A stretch of DNA of 64,000 nucleotides from an uncultured candidate division Zixibacteria bacterium. Its GTDB lineage: Bacteria > Zixibacteria > MSB-5A5 > UBA10806 > 4484-95. Positions 39,491-49,563 of the stretch are shown one piece after another. How positions within the stretch are numbered: the first letter of the stretch is position 1; every line of letters begins with the position of its first letter. The stretch covers positions 23,462 through 87,461 of the forward strand of contig CAXXKA010000009.1 in assembly GCA_963668625.2 (NCBI GenBank). Direction: 5' to 3'. Under the pieces are notes generated by a model that was given only the letters and a program-made list of their open reading frames with translations, was not told the DNA's origin and ran no database searches. Made by a program: the position numbers and the translations under genes.

Positions 39491-41593
39491 ATGAATCTAG
39501 CCAGTTTACAGCTTAAAAATTACGGTAAGTTCAAGGATTTCTCCTGCAGCCTTACCCCCGGTTTGAATGTTATCAAAGGCGGTAACGAAACCGGCAAGTC
39601 TACCCTGGTGGATGCAATCACCAAGCTGCTGTATACCAGCCCCAATAATTTAGAAAAGATCGTTTTATCGGATACGAAAACCTGGAGCGCCGAGGGCCCG
39701 GTACTGTTGAAAGCTGATATACAAAGTAACGATTTTACAGGCACGATTGAGAAAGATCTGGATTCGGGCGAGGCTAAACTTGCCAACGAGGATTTGAACG
39801 TAACCATAGATGACAGCTCTCGTATCACTGAGATCATAACCGGCGCGATCGGTTTCAATACCGCCGAGTTATTCGAGGCCACCTCATGTATCAGGCAGGG
39901 ACAGATTTCGCATATCGAGGGCTCTATCAAGGCGATCAAGGATAAGCTCGAATCGCTGGTCACTGGCGGTAAGGAGGATCAAGCCGCCTCGCAAATTATC
40001 GAGAAAATCGATCAGCGTATCGAGGAGATATCACGAAGGGATGATGCCAATCCCGGTCAGATGCTGAGACTAGAGACGGTACAGAGTGATATCGACTATA
40101 ATATTGACAAACTGAATCGTGATATCAGCAATATCAACAACTGGCGAAATACTCTTCAACAGGTGCAGGTGGCTTTCACCAACGGCGCAGAGGATTATCG
40201 CAAGAAAAAAGAATCACTTGAGGATGCCCTTCAAGCCCAAACCGCCAAGCAGGAATTGACCCGTTTGAATAAAGAACAACGGGAATCGCTTGCCAATTTC
40301 GAGAAAGTCAAGGATGCCGGCAAGAAAGTCAAAGAGCTTAAAACTCAGTTGGAACAGGCAAAAGACCTGCCCAAATCAGATCGTGATCGTATCGATGAGT
40401 TAGAGTCAAACTTAAAATATCTCAAACCCAAACATCGCGAGATGGAATTGGACATAGAAACCGACACCAAGTCGCTCGATTCGTACAAGATAAGCGGCGG
40501 TGTAGTCGGCCTGGCGATAGTTTCGCTGGTTGGTATAGGCCTCGGCGTAGCCGATTTCATGATGAAATTCACCGGGCTCTTCCTGGAGATAGGTGGCGGC
40601 GGTGCAGCGATGCTTCTATTGTCCCTCTTCCTTATTTCGCGCACAAATGCCAAACGTGCTTTTTTCAAAGATCAGATAAAAGCAAAAACCAATAAGCTCG
40701 AAACTGTCGAGACCGAAATAGAACAACTTAACGCCGAATTGGACGAACTTCTGGAGAAATATCATATAACCTCCGCCGATGAGGCTCGTCAGGCCGTTTG
40801 GAAAAGGTCCGAACTGGAAAGCCAGTTGAAAACCGAAAAGCAGAACTACACTCAATTCCTCGGAGGCTTTTCCGAGGAGGAATTCGAGATCAAATTGCAG
40901 AATCTCGAAAAGGAGATTTTCGACAATAAAATTATCCTGGAAAACCATCAGGAGATGGACGACGATGAGGTAGAACGCTTGAAACAGATAGTCGAGCAAT
41001 TGGGTGAACAAAAAGATAATCTGGAAAAAGAATACAATACGCTCATTCGTCAGATAGACACGGCCGAGGGCGGCTCGGAGTTGTTGGCCAGTTATATGGA
41101 GCGCAAAGCATCCGCCGGTTTGAAAATGACCGAGCTGGTAGAGGAGATATCGATACTCAGCCTGACCAAGGAATGTATCGAGAAGGGCCGTCAAAACGTG
41201 ATGATATCCACGCTGGAGCTTCTGGAGAAACGCACCTCCGAAATATTGGAGATGATAACCAACGGCCGCTACAAGGAGGTCAGGTTCGATAAGTCCTCGC
41301 TGAAATTCGAGGTGTTCTCCAAGGAGAAAAACGACTGGGTGGAGCCTCACCTGGCCTTATCGCAGGCCACTATCGAGCAGATATATCTGACCGCTCGTCT
41401 GGCGCTGACAGAGATTTTAGGCGACAAAGCCAAACCGCCTATCATCCTGGATGACACATTCGACTCGTTCGATCCCGAACGTCACGATGGCGTGATGCGC
41501 CTGTTAAAGCAGATGTCCCTGGACCGTCAGATATTGCTGTTGACCTCGGATGACAATTACGATTCCTGGGCGGACAATACGGTACAGCTTTAG
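39491..41593 (+). CDS. SbcC/Rad50/YhaN-like coiled-coil ABC ATPase
   Basis: Walker A GGNETGKST, long coiled coil with a central hydrophobic hairpin, LSQAT signature, IILDD Walker B. Confidence 0.85.
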   Translation: MNLASLQLKNYGKFKDFSCSLTPGLNVIKGGNETGKSTLVDAITKLLYTSPNNLEKIVLSDTKTWSAEGPVLLKADIQSNDFTGTIEKDLDSGEAKLANEDLNVTIDDSSRITEIITGAIGFNTAELFEATSCIRQGQISHIEGSIKAIKDKLESLVTGGKEDQAASQIIEKIDQRIEEISRRDDANPGQMLRLETVQSDIDYNIDKLNRDISNINNWRNTLQQVQVAFTNGAEDYRKKKESLEDALQAQTAKQELTRLNKEQRESLANFEKVKDAGKKVKELKTQLEQAKDLPKSDRDRIDELESNLKYLKPKHREMELDIETDTKSLDSYKISGGVVGLAIVSLVGIGLGVADFMMKFTGLFLEIGGGGAAMLLLSLFLISRTNAKRAFFKDQIKAKTNKLETVETEIEQLNAELDELLEKYHITSADEARQAVWKRSELESQLKTEKQNYTQFLGGFSEEEFEIKLQNLEKEIFDNKIILENHQEMDDDEVERLKQIVEQLGEQKDNLEKEYNTLIRQIDTAEGGSELLASYMERKASAGLKMTELVEEISILSLTKECIEKGRQNVMISTLELLEKRTSEILEMITNGRYKEVRFDKSSLKFEVFSKEKNDWVEPHLALSQATIEQIYLTARLALTEILGDKAKPPIILDDTFDSFDPERHDGVMRLLKQMSLDRQILLLTSDDNYDSWADNTVQL

Positions 41594-41655
41594 GTAATCA
41601 ATTTAAATTAGTATATAGCTTTATTTTGTTTTAGATGTGTATGAGTGCGTTTGGA

Positions 41656-41740
41656 GTAGCTCAGGAGCTGTAGCTCCTGAGGAGCCGCAAAGCGATATGG
41701 ATGTGCTTAAAGAAACTATGTCGGCGGTTGGCAATTCAAG
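41656..41740 (+). repeat. Family A REP (GTAG plus hairpin), left of the FG-GAP gene
   Basis: GTAG-CTCAGGAGCT-GT-AGCTCCTGAG, the reverse complement of 27894-27919. Confidence 0.8.
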
Positions 41741-41948
41741 CATTTCGTGGGCGGCATACGTCCCCGTATGCCCCTTCCACTCCCTGGTTCCGAAGCGCTG
41801 GGGTTGTTGAAAAAGCCCTGATTAGGTAGTCGCGGTGTCAGGAATCCCTTGCTGGCACTGGCAGCTCCCCAAAACACATTGACATACAAGACAATACCTA
41901 CTATATTATATCAGGTTGTTAACTGCACTCCTTGATTGAGGAATATTT

Positions 41949-43991
41949 ATGCGAGCTTTAATAATTGCTATAATTTTTATGATCACCTCCCCCCTCTGTT
42001 GGTCACAAAACGATGCTTGGGAACAACAGCTTGATGGGTGGCTTGATGGTGTGTATCAACCTTATTTTTTCCTTGGAGGCAGTTTCTATACAAGAATCTC
42101 CTTTGCTGATATTGATGCCGATGGTGACCTGGATTTATTCTATGGCGGTGGTGATGCAGGATCGTTAGTTTATTTTACTAATATTGGTGATGTATATAAT
42201 CCTGTATTTGAACTTACATATGAAGAATTCCCCGGACTGACTAACACAGTAGGCAATGGTTTTGGGGGAACGGTAGATGTTGATTTTGCTGATCTTGATA
42301 ACGATGGCGATCTCGATGTTGGTTATTCAGGGGATTTAGACGGTGGGGGTTCTATTTTTTGGAATGATGGTTCGCCTGAGATTCCGAATTTCATTTATAG
42401 AGAGCCTTTTGGCCCAAGAGCTGGCGCAAGCAGCGTTAAGTTTGTAGATATTGATAATGACGGCGATTATGATTACTTTTCCGGTCATGGCAGCTATCCC
42501 CACCAACTTATATTTGCAGAGAATTATGGTACACCGGAAGAGCCTTATTTTCGTTACCAGGGTGACACGCATAATTATCAAGACTTGTTTTTCAGCCGTC
42601 CATTTAATTTTGATATGGGTGATATTGACAGCGATGGAGATGCCGATTTAATAGTATGTAAACCTCATGGCCCCGTTGCATATTACGAAAATACAGGCAC
42701 CCCTGATTCAGCTTACTTTACCCTTATAACCGATAACTTTTTGCCCGGGCGAGATACAACCGACTGGCTGGAATCTCCCGAATTAGTAGATATAGACAGC
42801 GACGGTGATCTCGATTTATTTTTAGCCGGTGGTTATGCTCATCTGATTTATTTCGAGAACACCGGCACTCCTGATATTTTCAACTATGTTCAACGTTATG
42901 ATACTTTATACTTTTTCGTTCAACCTCGAAGTTTTGGCTCAAATTTAGGTAATTCAGTTGATATCGATAACGATGGTGATGATGATATTGCTCCGGGATA
43001 TGATTTATTCCTAAATGAGAGTATAGGAAGCGATATAAGCTTTACTAAATATGAAAATATACTACCATTTCCTGAAGGATGTTTCGTTGATATGGATGCT
43101 GATGGTGATTACGATTACCTTGCCCCGCAGGGAAGTTATTCGGTTATTCTATACGATAATATTGGAGATAGAAATTGGCCGGAATATTATGAGGGTTATT
43201 CATTATTTCCCCCCGATGGCAGAATAGAGTCGCCTTTTACCTTGGGAACAGGTGATTTAGACAATGATGAAGATTATGACGTTATTATAGGGCATCTAAA
43301 TAGTGATGATATTGAATACTACCGCAATGATGGCTCACCCGAGGAGTGGGAATTTACTTATGCTGGCCCGCTTGAGCTTGAGAATTTTAGTTATACCCGT
43401 TTTTACAATGTTCTTCTGGATGATATTGATGATGACAACGACATCGATCTGTTAATAGGAACCGTTCACTCGGATGTTACGGCACCGCACAAATTATTCT
43501 ATTACGAAAATACCGGATCGCCGGAATCGCCAACCTGGACTTACATTACTGATGATTTTAATGGTTATGTTAGCAACCATAGAAACGATTCAGTAATTTC
43601 CTGCTTGTCAGATGTTGATGATGATGGGGATAAGGATTTATTTGTGACCAACAATCTCGGATTGCAATTATATTTAAATCCCAGAATACAAACTGGAATA
43701 AATGACACAACAATTGAAAGCGCGGAAATAACTCCAACAATGCTATCAGCGTATCCCAATCCCTCAAATTCAGTAGTATCATTTGAATTTCAACTTGACA
43801 GTCCTGCGGTAGTTAGTTTGGAGGTATATAACATCATGGGGCAATTGGTAGAATCTTTAGTAGAGGATTCTCGTTTGGTGGGCAATCATATTTATAGTTG
43901 GGATGCCTGCGGTTTCACAAGTGGAGTTTATTTCGGCAAGCTATCGGTAACGAATGAGGAATACATATCGAAGGTTATTTTAATAAAATAA
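41949..43991 (+). CDS. Secreted FG-GAP/VCBS repeat protein with a T9SS-type/FlgD-like C-terminal domain
   Basis: Many DxDxDGDxD repeats with YxNxGT; C-terminal AYPNP..YNIMGQLV..SGVYF. Confidence 0.88.
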   Translation: MRALIIAIIFMITSPLCWSQNDAWEQQLDGWLDGVYQPYFFLGGSFYTRISFADIDADGDLDLFYGGGDAGSLVYFTNIGDVYNPVFELTYEEFPGLTNTVGNGFGGTVDVDFADLDNDGDLDVGYSGDLDGGGSIFWNDGSPEIPNFIYREPFGPRAGASSVKFVDIDNDGDYDYFSGHGSYPHQLIFAENYGTPEEPYFRYQGDTHNYQDLFFSRPFNFDMGDIDSDGDADLIVCKPHGPVAYYENTGTPDSAYFTLITDNFLPGRDTTDWLESPELVDIDSDGDLDLFLAGGYAHLIYFENTGTPDIFNYVQRYDTLYFFVQPRSFGSNLGNSVDIDNDGDDDIAPGYDLFLNESIGSDISFTKYENILPFPEGCFVDMDADGDYDYLAPQGSYSVILYDNIGDRNWPEYYEGYSLFPPDGRIESPFTLGTGDLDNDEDYDVIIGHLNSDDIEYYRNDGSPEEWEFTYAGPLELENFSYTRFYNVLLDDIDDDNDIDLLIGTVHSDVTAPHKLFYYENTGSPESPTWTYITDDFNGYVSNHRNDSVISCLSDVDDDGDKDLFVTNNLGLQLYLNPRIQTGINDTTIESAEITPTMLSAYPNPSNSVVSFEFQLDSPAVVSLEVYNIMGQLVESLVEDSRLVGNHIYSWDACGFTSGVYFGKLSVTNEEYISKVILIK

Positions 43992-44001
43992 CAAGCAGCA
44001 A

Positions 44002-44165
44002 GTAGCTCAGGAGCTGTAGCTCCTGAGGAGCCGCAAGGCGATATGGAAGCGCTCAAATCATACACATTTCCCCTACCCCGTCCGTACTGGATCCCTTCCT
44101 CCGAAGGGATGACAATTTAATTTTACACTGCTATTAAAGAGTCTATGTCGACGGTTGGCAATTTG
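44002..44165 (+). repeat. Family A REP, right of the FG-GAP gene
   Basis: Same GTAG hairpin in the same orientation as 41656; ctatgtcg(a/g)cggttggcaatt is also shared. Confidence 0.8.
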
Positions 44166-44498
44166 AGGTAGAGCAAGAATCCCTGTGCAGTTGGGTCGCC
44201 TGACCCGACTGCATAACACCACCGAAGATTAATAGCTCTCATCCATTAATTATAAAACGGCTTTGACTGCCATTAACAAACTTTTCTGCCATGAACCGGT
44301 AGGGTGAGGCCAACCTATCTCACGTGCTGATTTTATAGTGCCATCAGAGAGTATATGTCGGCGTTTTATAAATCGAGCAAACGCGAGATTCACTGGCTCC
44401 AAAACTCCGATTTTGGAGCCTGACGTATTCTAAAAACTTCGTTTTGTCATTTGAGTATACGCCAATGATAAATCGAAACGAAGTTTCTTAAATACAAT

Positions 44499-44526
44499 CA
44501 TTCCCAAATCGGAGTTTGGGAACGAG
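44499..44526 (-). repeat. Family B REP
   Basis: ttcccaaatcggagtttgggaacgag, reverse orientation relative to 25555. Confidence 0.65.
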
Positions 44527-44572
44527 CAGAAAATAAAAATCCCCCATCCCCCAAAAACAACGCCAATAACGT

Positions 44573-44601
44573 TTGACAGAGATAATAGCATCCCCTATAT
44601 T
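44573..44601 (+). promoter_or_regulatory. Sigma70 promoter, probably leaderless, for yifB
   Basis: TTGACA-N17-TATATT-N7-ATG(44609), no SD. Confidence 0.6.
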
Positions 44602-44608
44602 ATATTCA

Positions 44609-46147
44609 ATGTTATCCAGAGTTTTCTCCTCAGCGCTGTTGGGAATAGAGGCATACATGGTTGAAGTGGAAATCGATGTATCCCCACAACTTCCCGCTTT
44701 TAACACTGTAGGACTTCCTGAAGGGGCTGTTAAAGAGGCCAAGGACAGGGTCACGGCTGCCGTGAAAAATTCGGGATTCCTCTTCCCCGTTAAAAGAATT
44801 ACGGTAAATTTAGCGCCCGCGGATGTCAAAAAATCGGGCTCGGCGTTCGATCTGCCTATGGCTATCGGTATACTGGCCGCCACCGGCCAGCTCGAATGCA
44901 TGGAGCTGGACACGTTTATATTTGCCGGCGAGCTTGCCCTCGATGGTAAGCTTCGACCCGTGCCCGGCGTGATGTCTATCGCGCTGGAGGCCGGTAAGAA
45001 AGGCTACCGGAGCCTTATCGTACCTACCGAGAATGCCGATGAGGCGGCCATCGCCGATTGTATCGAGGTCATCCCGGCCGAGAGCTTGAACCAGGTGGTG
45101 GACTATCTCGACGGTCACACGGTGCTCGAGCCGCGAGTTGCAAATCTCGGCGATATATTCTCTAAAGGCCGCCAATACCATGTCGATTTCTCCGAGGTTA
45201 AGGGACAGGAGCACACCAAGCGTGCGCTCGAGGTAGCGGCAGCCGGTGGTCATAATATCATCATGATAGGCCCACCCGGCTCAGGCAAAACCATGATCGC
45301 CAAACGCCTGCCGACAATACTGCCCGATATGGAACTGGCCGAATCGCTCGAGACCACCAAGGTATACTCTGCCGGCGGGCACATGATGCCCAACCAGGCG
45401 CTGGTAGCGGCTCGCCCGTTTCGCGCTCCTCACCATACTATCTCGGATGTCGGCCTGACAGGCGGTACCAATCAGCTCGTGCCCGGCGAGGTAAGCTTAT
45501 CTCATAACGGGGTATTATTTTTGGATGAGTTGCCGGAATTCAACAAGAACTCGCTGGAGGCGCTCAGGCAGCCATTGGAAAACGGCTACGTGACTATCAC
45601 CCGGGCGGCAGGCTCGGTTACCTATCCGGCCTCGTTTATCCTGGCAGCGGCTCTTAATCCCTGCCCCTGCGGCTATTTCGGCGATCCCAACCATAACTGC
45701 TCATGCTCAGGTACGCAGATACAAAAGTATATCTCGAAAATATCGGGCCCGCTACTCGATCGTATCGATATACATCTTGAGGTGCCGGCGGTAAAATTCA
45801 AAGATTTATCCAGCAGCGCCGATGGCGAGCCATCCGAGAATATCCGTAAACGTGTAAATAAAGCCCGCCAAATACAAACAAAAAGGTTTGCCGAATACGA
45901 GGGGCTGTTTTGTAACGCACAAATGGAGACCAGAATCGCAAGAGATATTTGCAAAATCGACGAACATTCATTATCATTACTCAAAACAGCAATAACTCGG
46001 CTCGGGCTTTCCGCCCGGGCATACGATAGGATTTTGAAAGTCAGCCGTACGATAGCCGACCTCGAGGGCGCCGAGGAAATTCAGTCGCAACATATCTCCG
46101 AGGCAATCGGTTATCGTAATCTGGACAGAAACTACTGGCAAACATAA
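44609..46147 (+). CDS. yifB: YifB/ComM family Mg-chelatase-like AAA ATPase
   Basis: [46 protein letters not shown]. Confidence 0.93.
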   Translation: MLSRVFSSALLGIEAYMVEVEIDVSPQLPAFNTVGLPEGAVKEAKDRVTAAVKNSGFLFPVKRITVNLAPADVKKSGSAFDLPMAIGILAATGQLECMELDTFIFAGELALDGKLRPVPGVMSIALEAGKKGYRSLIVPTENADEAAIADCIEVIPAESLNQVVDYLDGHTVLEPRVANLGDIFSKGRQYHVDFSEVKGQEHTKRALEVAAAGGHNIIMIGPPGSGKTMIAKRLPTILPDMELAESLETTKVYSAGGHMMPNQALVAARPFRAPHHTISDVGLTGGTNQLVPGEVSLSHNGVLFLDELPEFNKNSLEALRQPLENGYVTITRAAGSVTYPASFILAAALNPCPCGYFGDPNHNCSCSGTQIQKYISKISGPLLDRIDIHLEVPAVKFKDLSSSADGEPSENIRKRVNKARQIQTKRFAEYEGLFCNAQMETRIARDICKIDEHSLSLLKTAITRLGLSARAYDRILKVSRTIADLEGAEEIQSQHISEAIGYRNLDRNYWQT

Positions 46148-46167
46148 AAAATAGCAGGCAAAAAGAG

Positions 46168-47559
46168 ATGGTGAAAAATCAACGCACTATAAGAACGAGT
46201 ATATCACTTTCAGGAGTAGGACTTCACACCGGCGGAGAAACCACGATAACATTTGTCCCCGCACCGATTAACCACGGAGTTACTTTCGTACGCAAAGACC
46301 TGGAGGACTGCCCGGAGATACCGGCCGACATCGATCACGTAGTTGATCTTCAAAGAGGCACCACGCTGGGTAAAAAAGATATCAAAGTTCATACCGTAGA
46401 ACATGTACTGGCGGCGGTTGCCGGGTTACAAATCGATAATATAATAATCGAGCTTTCCAATTCGGAACCCCCGGTTCATGACGGTTCGGCCAAGCCTTTT
46501 TGTGATGCTCTCCTCGAGGCCGGCATTGTCGAGCAGGACGCGCCTAAAAGTTATCTCGAGATAGACACTCCGATATCGTACTCCGAAAAAGATCGCGGCG
46601 TCGATATAGTCGTTACCCCCTCGGAAACCCTGCGTATTACTTTCATGGTAGACTACAAGAATCCGGCCCTGGGCACGCAGTACACCTCGCTGGTCGATCT
46701 TGATGAGGAGTTCGTCGATGAGTTCGCCCCGGCTCGGACATTCTGCTTTTTAAGCGAGGTCGAGCAATTATACGAGGCAGGACTTATTAAAGGCGGCGAC
46801 CTCGATTCGGCGCTGGTCATCGTTGATATGGATTTATCCGATAGCATGAGAAATAATTTACAGGCATTATCCAATTCCAAGCACGATATATTCGTCGGCG
46901 ACTCAGGTATCTTGAGCGATACCCCGCTCCGGTTCTACAACGAACCGGTTCGTCATAAAGCAGTCGATTTAATCGGCGACCTCTCCCTTATCGGCGTGCC
47001 GTTGAAAGCACATATCCTGGCAGCTCGTTCCGGGCACGCGGCCAATGTGGCGCTGGCCAAGAAAATCCGGGGGATTTACGAGAAAAAACTCATCACCTCC
47101 AAATACGGTCAGACAGAGGGAGATTATTTCCTCGATATCAACGCTATCATCAAGGCCATGCCGCATCGCTACCCTATGCTGATGATTGACCGGATTATCG
47201 ATCTGGAGCCGAAAAAGCGTGTCGTAGCGATCAAGAATGTTACTCTTAACGAGCCTCATTTCATGGGACATTTCCCGGAACGACCGGTAATGCCCGGCGT
47301 CCTGATAGTTGAGGCTATGGCGCAGGCCGGTGGTTTCATGCTTCTTAACGCTATCGAGAATCCCGAAAACAAGCTGGTGTTTTTCATGGGCATCGATGGC
47401 GTGAGGTTCAGGAAACCGGTAGTGCCGGGCGATCAGCTTCGTTTCGAGATTGAGATGCTTCAATTCCGGCGCAGCTCGTGCAAAATAGGCGGCAAGGCAC
47501 TGGTTGATGGCAAAGTGGTGGCCGAGGGTACGTTCCTTGCCGTAGTAGTGGATAAATAA
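46168..47559 (+). CDS. lpxC: Bifunctional LpxC / FabZ
   Basis: GVGLHTG, TVEHVLAA, ARTF, RHKAVDLIGD; C-terminal PHRYPM, HFPERPVMPGVLIVEAMAQ. Confidence 0.96.
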   Translation: MVKNQRTIRTSISLSGVGLHTGGETTITFVPAPINHGVTFVRKDLEDCPEIPADIDHVVDLQRGTTLGKKDIKVHTVEHVLAAVAGLQIDNIIIELSNSEPPVHDGSAKPFCDALLEAGIVEQDAPKSYLEIDTPISYSEKDRGVDIVVTPSETLRITFMVDYKNPALGTQYTSLVDLDEEFVDEFAPARTFCFLSEVEQLYEAGLIKGGDLDSALVIVDMDLSDSMRNNLQALSNSKHDIFVGDSGILSDTPLRFYNEPVRHKAVDLIGDLSLIGVPLKAHILAARSGHAANVALAKKIRGIYEKKLITSKYGQTEGDYFLDINAIIKAMPHRYPMLMIDRIIDLEPKKRVVAIKNVTLNEPHFMGHFPERPVMPGVLIVEAMAQAGGFMLLNAIENPENKLVFFMGIDGVRFRKPVVPGDQLRFEIEMLQFRRSSCKIGGKALVDGKVVAEGTFLAVVVDK

Positions 47560-47701
47560 TTTTATAAATACATACTTTTATAAATAGGATTATTGACAAA
47601 AATCAATGTTAATTAATTGATACGCGTATACAACCGATATAAATAAATACGATGTCAATTAGCTTGATCTGAGGGGAAAAAACAATTAGAATAGAGATGT
47701 T

Positions 47702-48976
47702 ATGCAAAAAATAACAGCTACAGCTATCATAAAAAACGCCAAGCAGTTAATCACCCTGTGCAATCGTAAAAATATCGGCCCGCGCGGCGGCAAGGCTATG
47801 TCGGAACTGGGCATTTACCGTAAAGGCTATATCGCCTTTGCCAATGACAGGGTAATCAGTGTCGGCGAAACCAAAAAACTTAATTCCTCGGTGGCGGTCA
47901 CCGATCGTACCAGGATTTATGATGCATGCGATCGGCTGGTTACGCCGGGGCTGGTAGACTGCCATAGCCATCCGGTTTTCGCGGGCAGCCGAGCCAACGA
48001 ATTCGAGATGCGCCTCAAAGGCAAAACTTATCTCGAGATTGCCGAAGCAGGCGGCGGAATCAAGTCGACAGTCAAGGCGGTCAGACGCGCCTCTGCCCCG
48101 AAACTTTTCAATAACGGCTATAAAGTACTCGATGAGATGCTTCGTTGCGGTACGACAACAGTTGAGGGCAAATCAGGTTATGGCTTAACCGTTAAAGATG
48201 AGCTTAAGATGCTTCGGGTTTTGAACAAGTTAAACGAAAAGCATACCGTTGATGTCGTGCCTACTTTTTTGGGAGCACATGAGATACCCGAGGAGTATAA
48301 AGATAAGCCGGACAATTATGTCGGGCTGGTTTGCGATGAGATGATACCGGCGGTGGTAAAAGATAAGCTCGCTCAATTTTGTGATGTTTTCTGTGAGAAG
48401 GGTGTTTTCACCCCCAAACAAACCCGGGCTATTTTCCAAACAGCTCAGGCATTTGGTCTTAAATTGAAACTTCACGCCGACCAGTTTCATTCGACCGGCG
48501 GCGCGGAACTGGCGGCGGAGTTTATGGCCGTATCAGCCGATCATCTGGATATGATAAGCGATGAGGGTATGCATCTTATGAAAAAAGCAGGTATCATTCC
48601 GGTGCTTCTACCGGGAAGCATATTCTGGCTTAAGATGAAAGAGGCCGCCCCCGCTCGCAGGATGATAGATGACGGCCTGGCGGTCGCCCTGGGTACCGAT
48701 CTTAATCCCGGTAGCTCGCCTGTTCACTCCATGCCGGTTATCATGAGCCTGGCCTGTACAGATTTAAAGATGACTCCTGCCGAGGTTTTAACGGCGGCTA
48801 CGGTAAATGCCGCTTATGCTATCGACAAAGGTGATAAAATAGGCAGCCTGGCGCCGGGCAAATTAGCGGATGTGGTTATTTGGGATGCCGAAGATTATCG
48901 GGAGATTCCCTACTGGTTTGGTAAGAACCTGGTGCATACAGTATTTAAGAATGGTCATGAAGTTTTATCCAATTAG
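47702..48976 (+). CDS. hutI: Imidazolonepropionase
   Basis: PGLVDCHSH, RANEF, GGGI, EGKSGYGL, HADQ, SADHL, TDLNPG. Confidence 0.95.
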   Translation: MQKITATAIIKNAKQLITLCNRKNIGPRGGKAMSELGIYRKGYIAFANDRVISVGETKKLNSSVAVTDRTRIYDACDRLVTPGLVDCHSHPVFAGSRANEFEMRLKGKTYLEIAEAGGGIKSTVKAVRRASAPKLFNNGYKVLDEMLRCGTTTVEGKSGYGLTVKDELKMLRVLNKLNEKHTVDVVPTFLGAHEIPEEYKDKPDNYVGLVCDEMIPAVVKDKLAQFCDVFCEKGVFTPKQTRAIFQTAQAFGLKLKLHADQFHSTGGAELAAEFMAVSADHLDMISDEGMHLMKKAGIIPVLLPGSIFWLKMKEAAPARRMIDDGLAVALGTDLNPGSSPVHSMPVIMSLACTDLKMTPAEVLTAATVNAAYAIDKGDKIGSLAPGKLADVVIWDAEDYREIPYWFGKNLVHTVFKNGHEVLSN

Positions 48977-49463
48977 ATTTTTCGCTTTAGCTTTAGCCTG
49001 TTTAGGCCTGGTGATGTGCTCATGCTGGGCTTACTCGTTTTCCTCCTCTGCTTTAAGCAGCGCTAAATCCATTGCTATAAGGCCGGTTGAAAACAAGACC
49101 ACAGAGTATGGTATCGAAGACATGCTCGTGGATGCCTTGATCTCGCAGTTCGAGGAGGATAACGTGCTTAAAGTCGTACCCGAGAGCCAGGCGGATCTGA
49201 TTATGGTGGCCGGTATTACCAAATATGTCCATGAGGCCTCCGACTACGATGAATCTTACACGGTTTCCGAATATACTTGCAGAATCACCCTCGATATGAA
49301 TATCTTCTACAAGAAATCGGAGGAGTTATTGTGGGAGGACAAAGCCCTAACCGATTTCGGCATTTACGCGCCGGGGGATGGTGATTCCGAGGAGGAAGGG
49401 CAAAAAAGAGCCGTGGATAAATTAGTTAATGAAATAATGAACAGAACGGTCAGAGATTGGTAA
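48957..49463 (+). CDS. lptE: LptE family lipoprotein
   Basis: Signal ending in Cys then YSF; KSIAIRPVENKT; alpha/beta pattern of LptE; located near lpxC. Confidence 0.7.
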   Translation: MKFYPIRFFALALACLGLVMCSCWAYSFSSSALSSAKSIAIRPVENKTTEYGIEDMLVDALISQFEEDNVLKVVPESQADLIMVAGITKYVHEASDYDESYTVSEYTCRITLDMNIFYKKSEELLWEDKALTDFGIYAPGDGDSEEEGQKRAVDKLVNEIMNRTVRDW

Positions 49464-49563
49464 AACATTATAGAGACCGAATTTCAGAGTAAATATTTTT
49501 AAATATGCAACCGCCCAAAAAGATTGACTGTTTAATAGAATACAATAAAGTTGGATGGAGAGA

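Noticed and set aside
38398-41593. Known SMC-type defence system (Wadjet, Lamassu)
   Set aside because: No kleisin/KITE or effector genes adjacent; the layout matches YhaO/YhaN.
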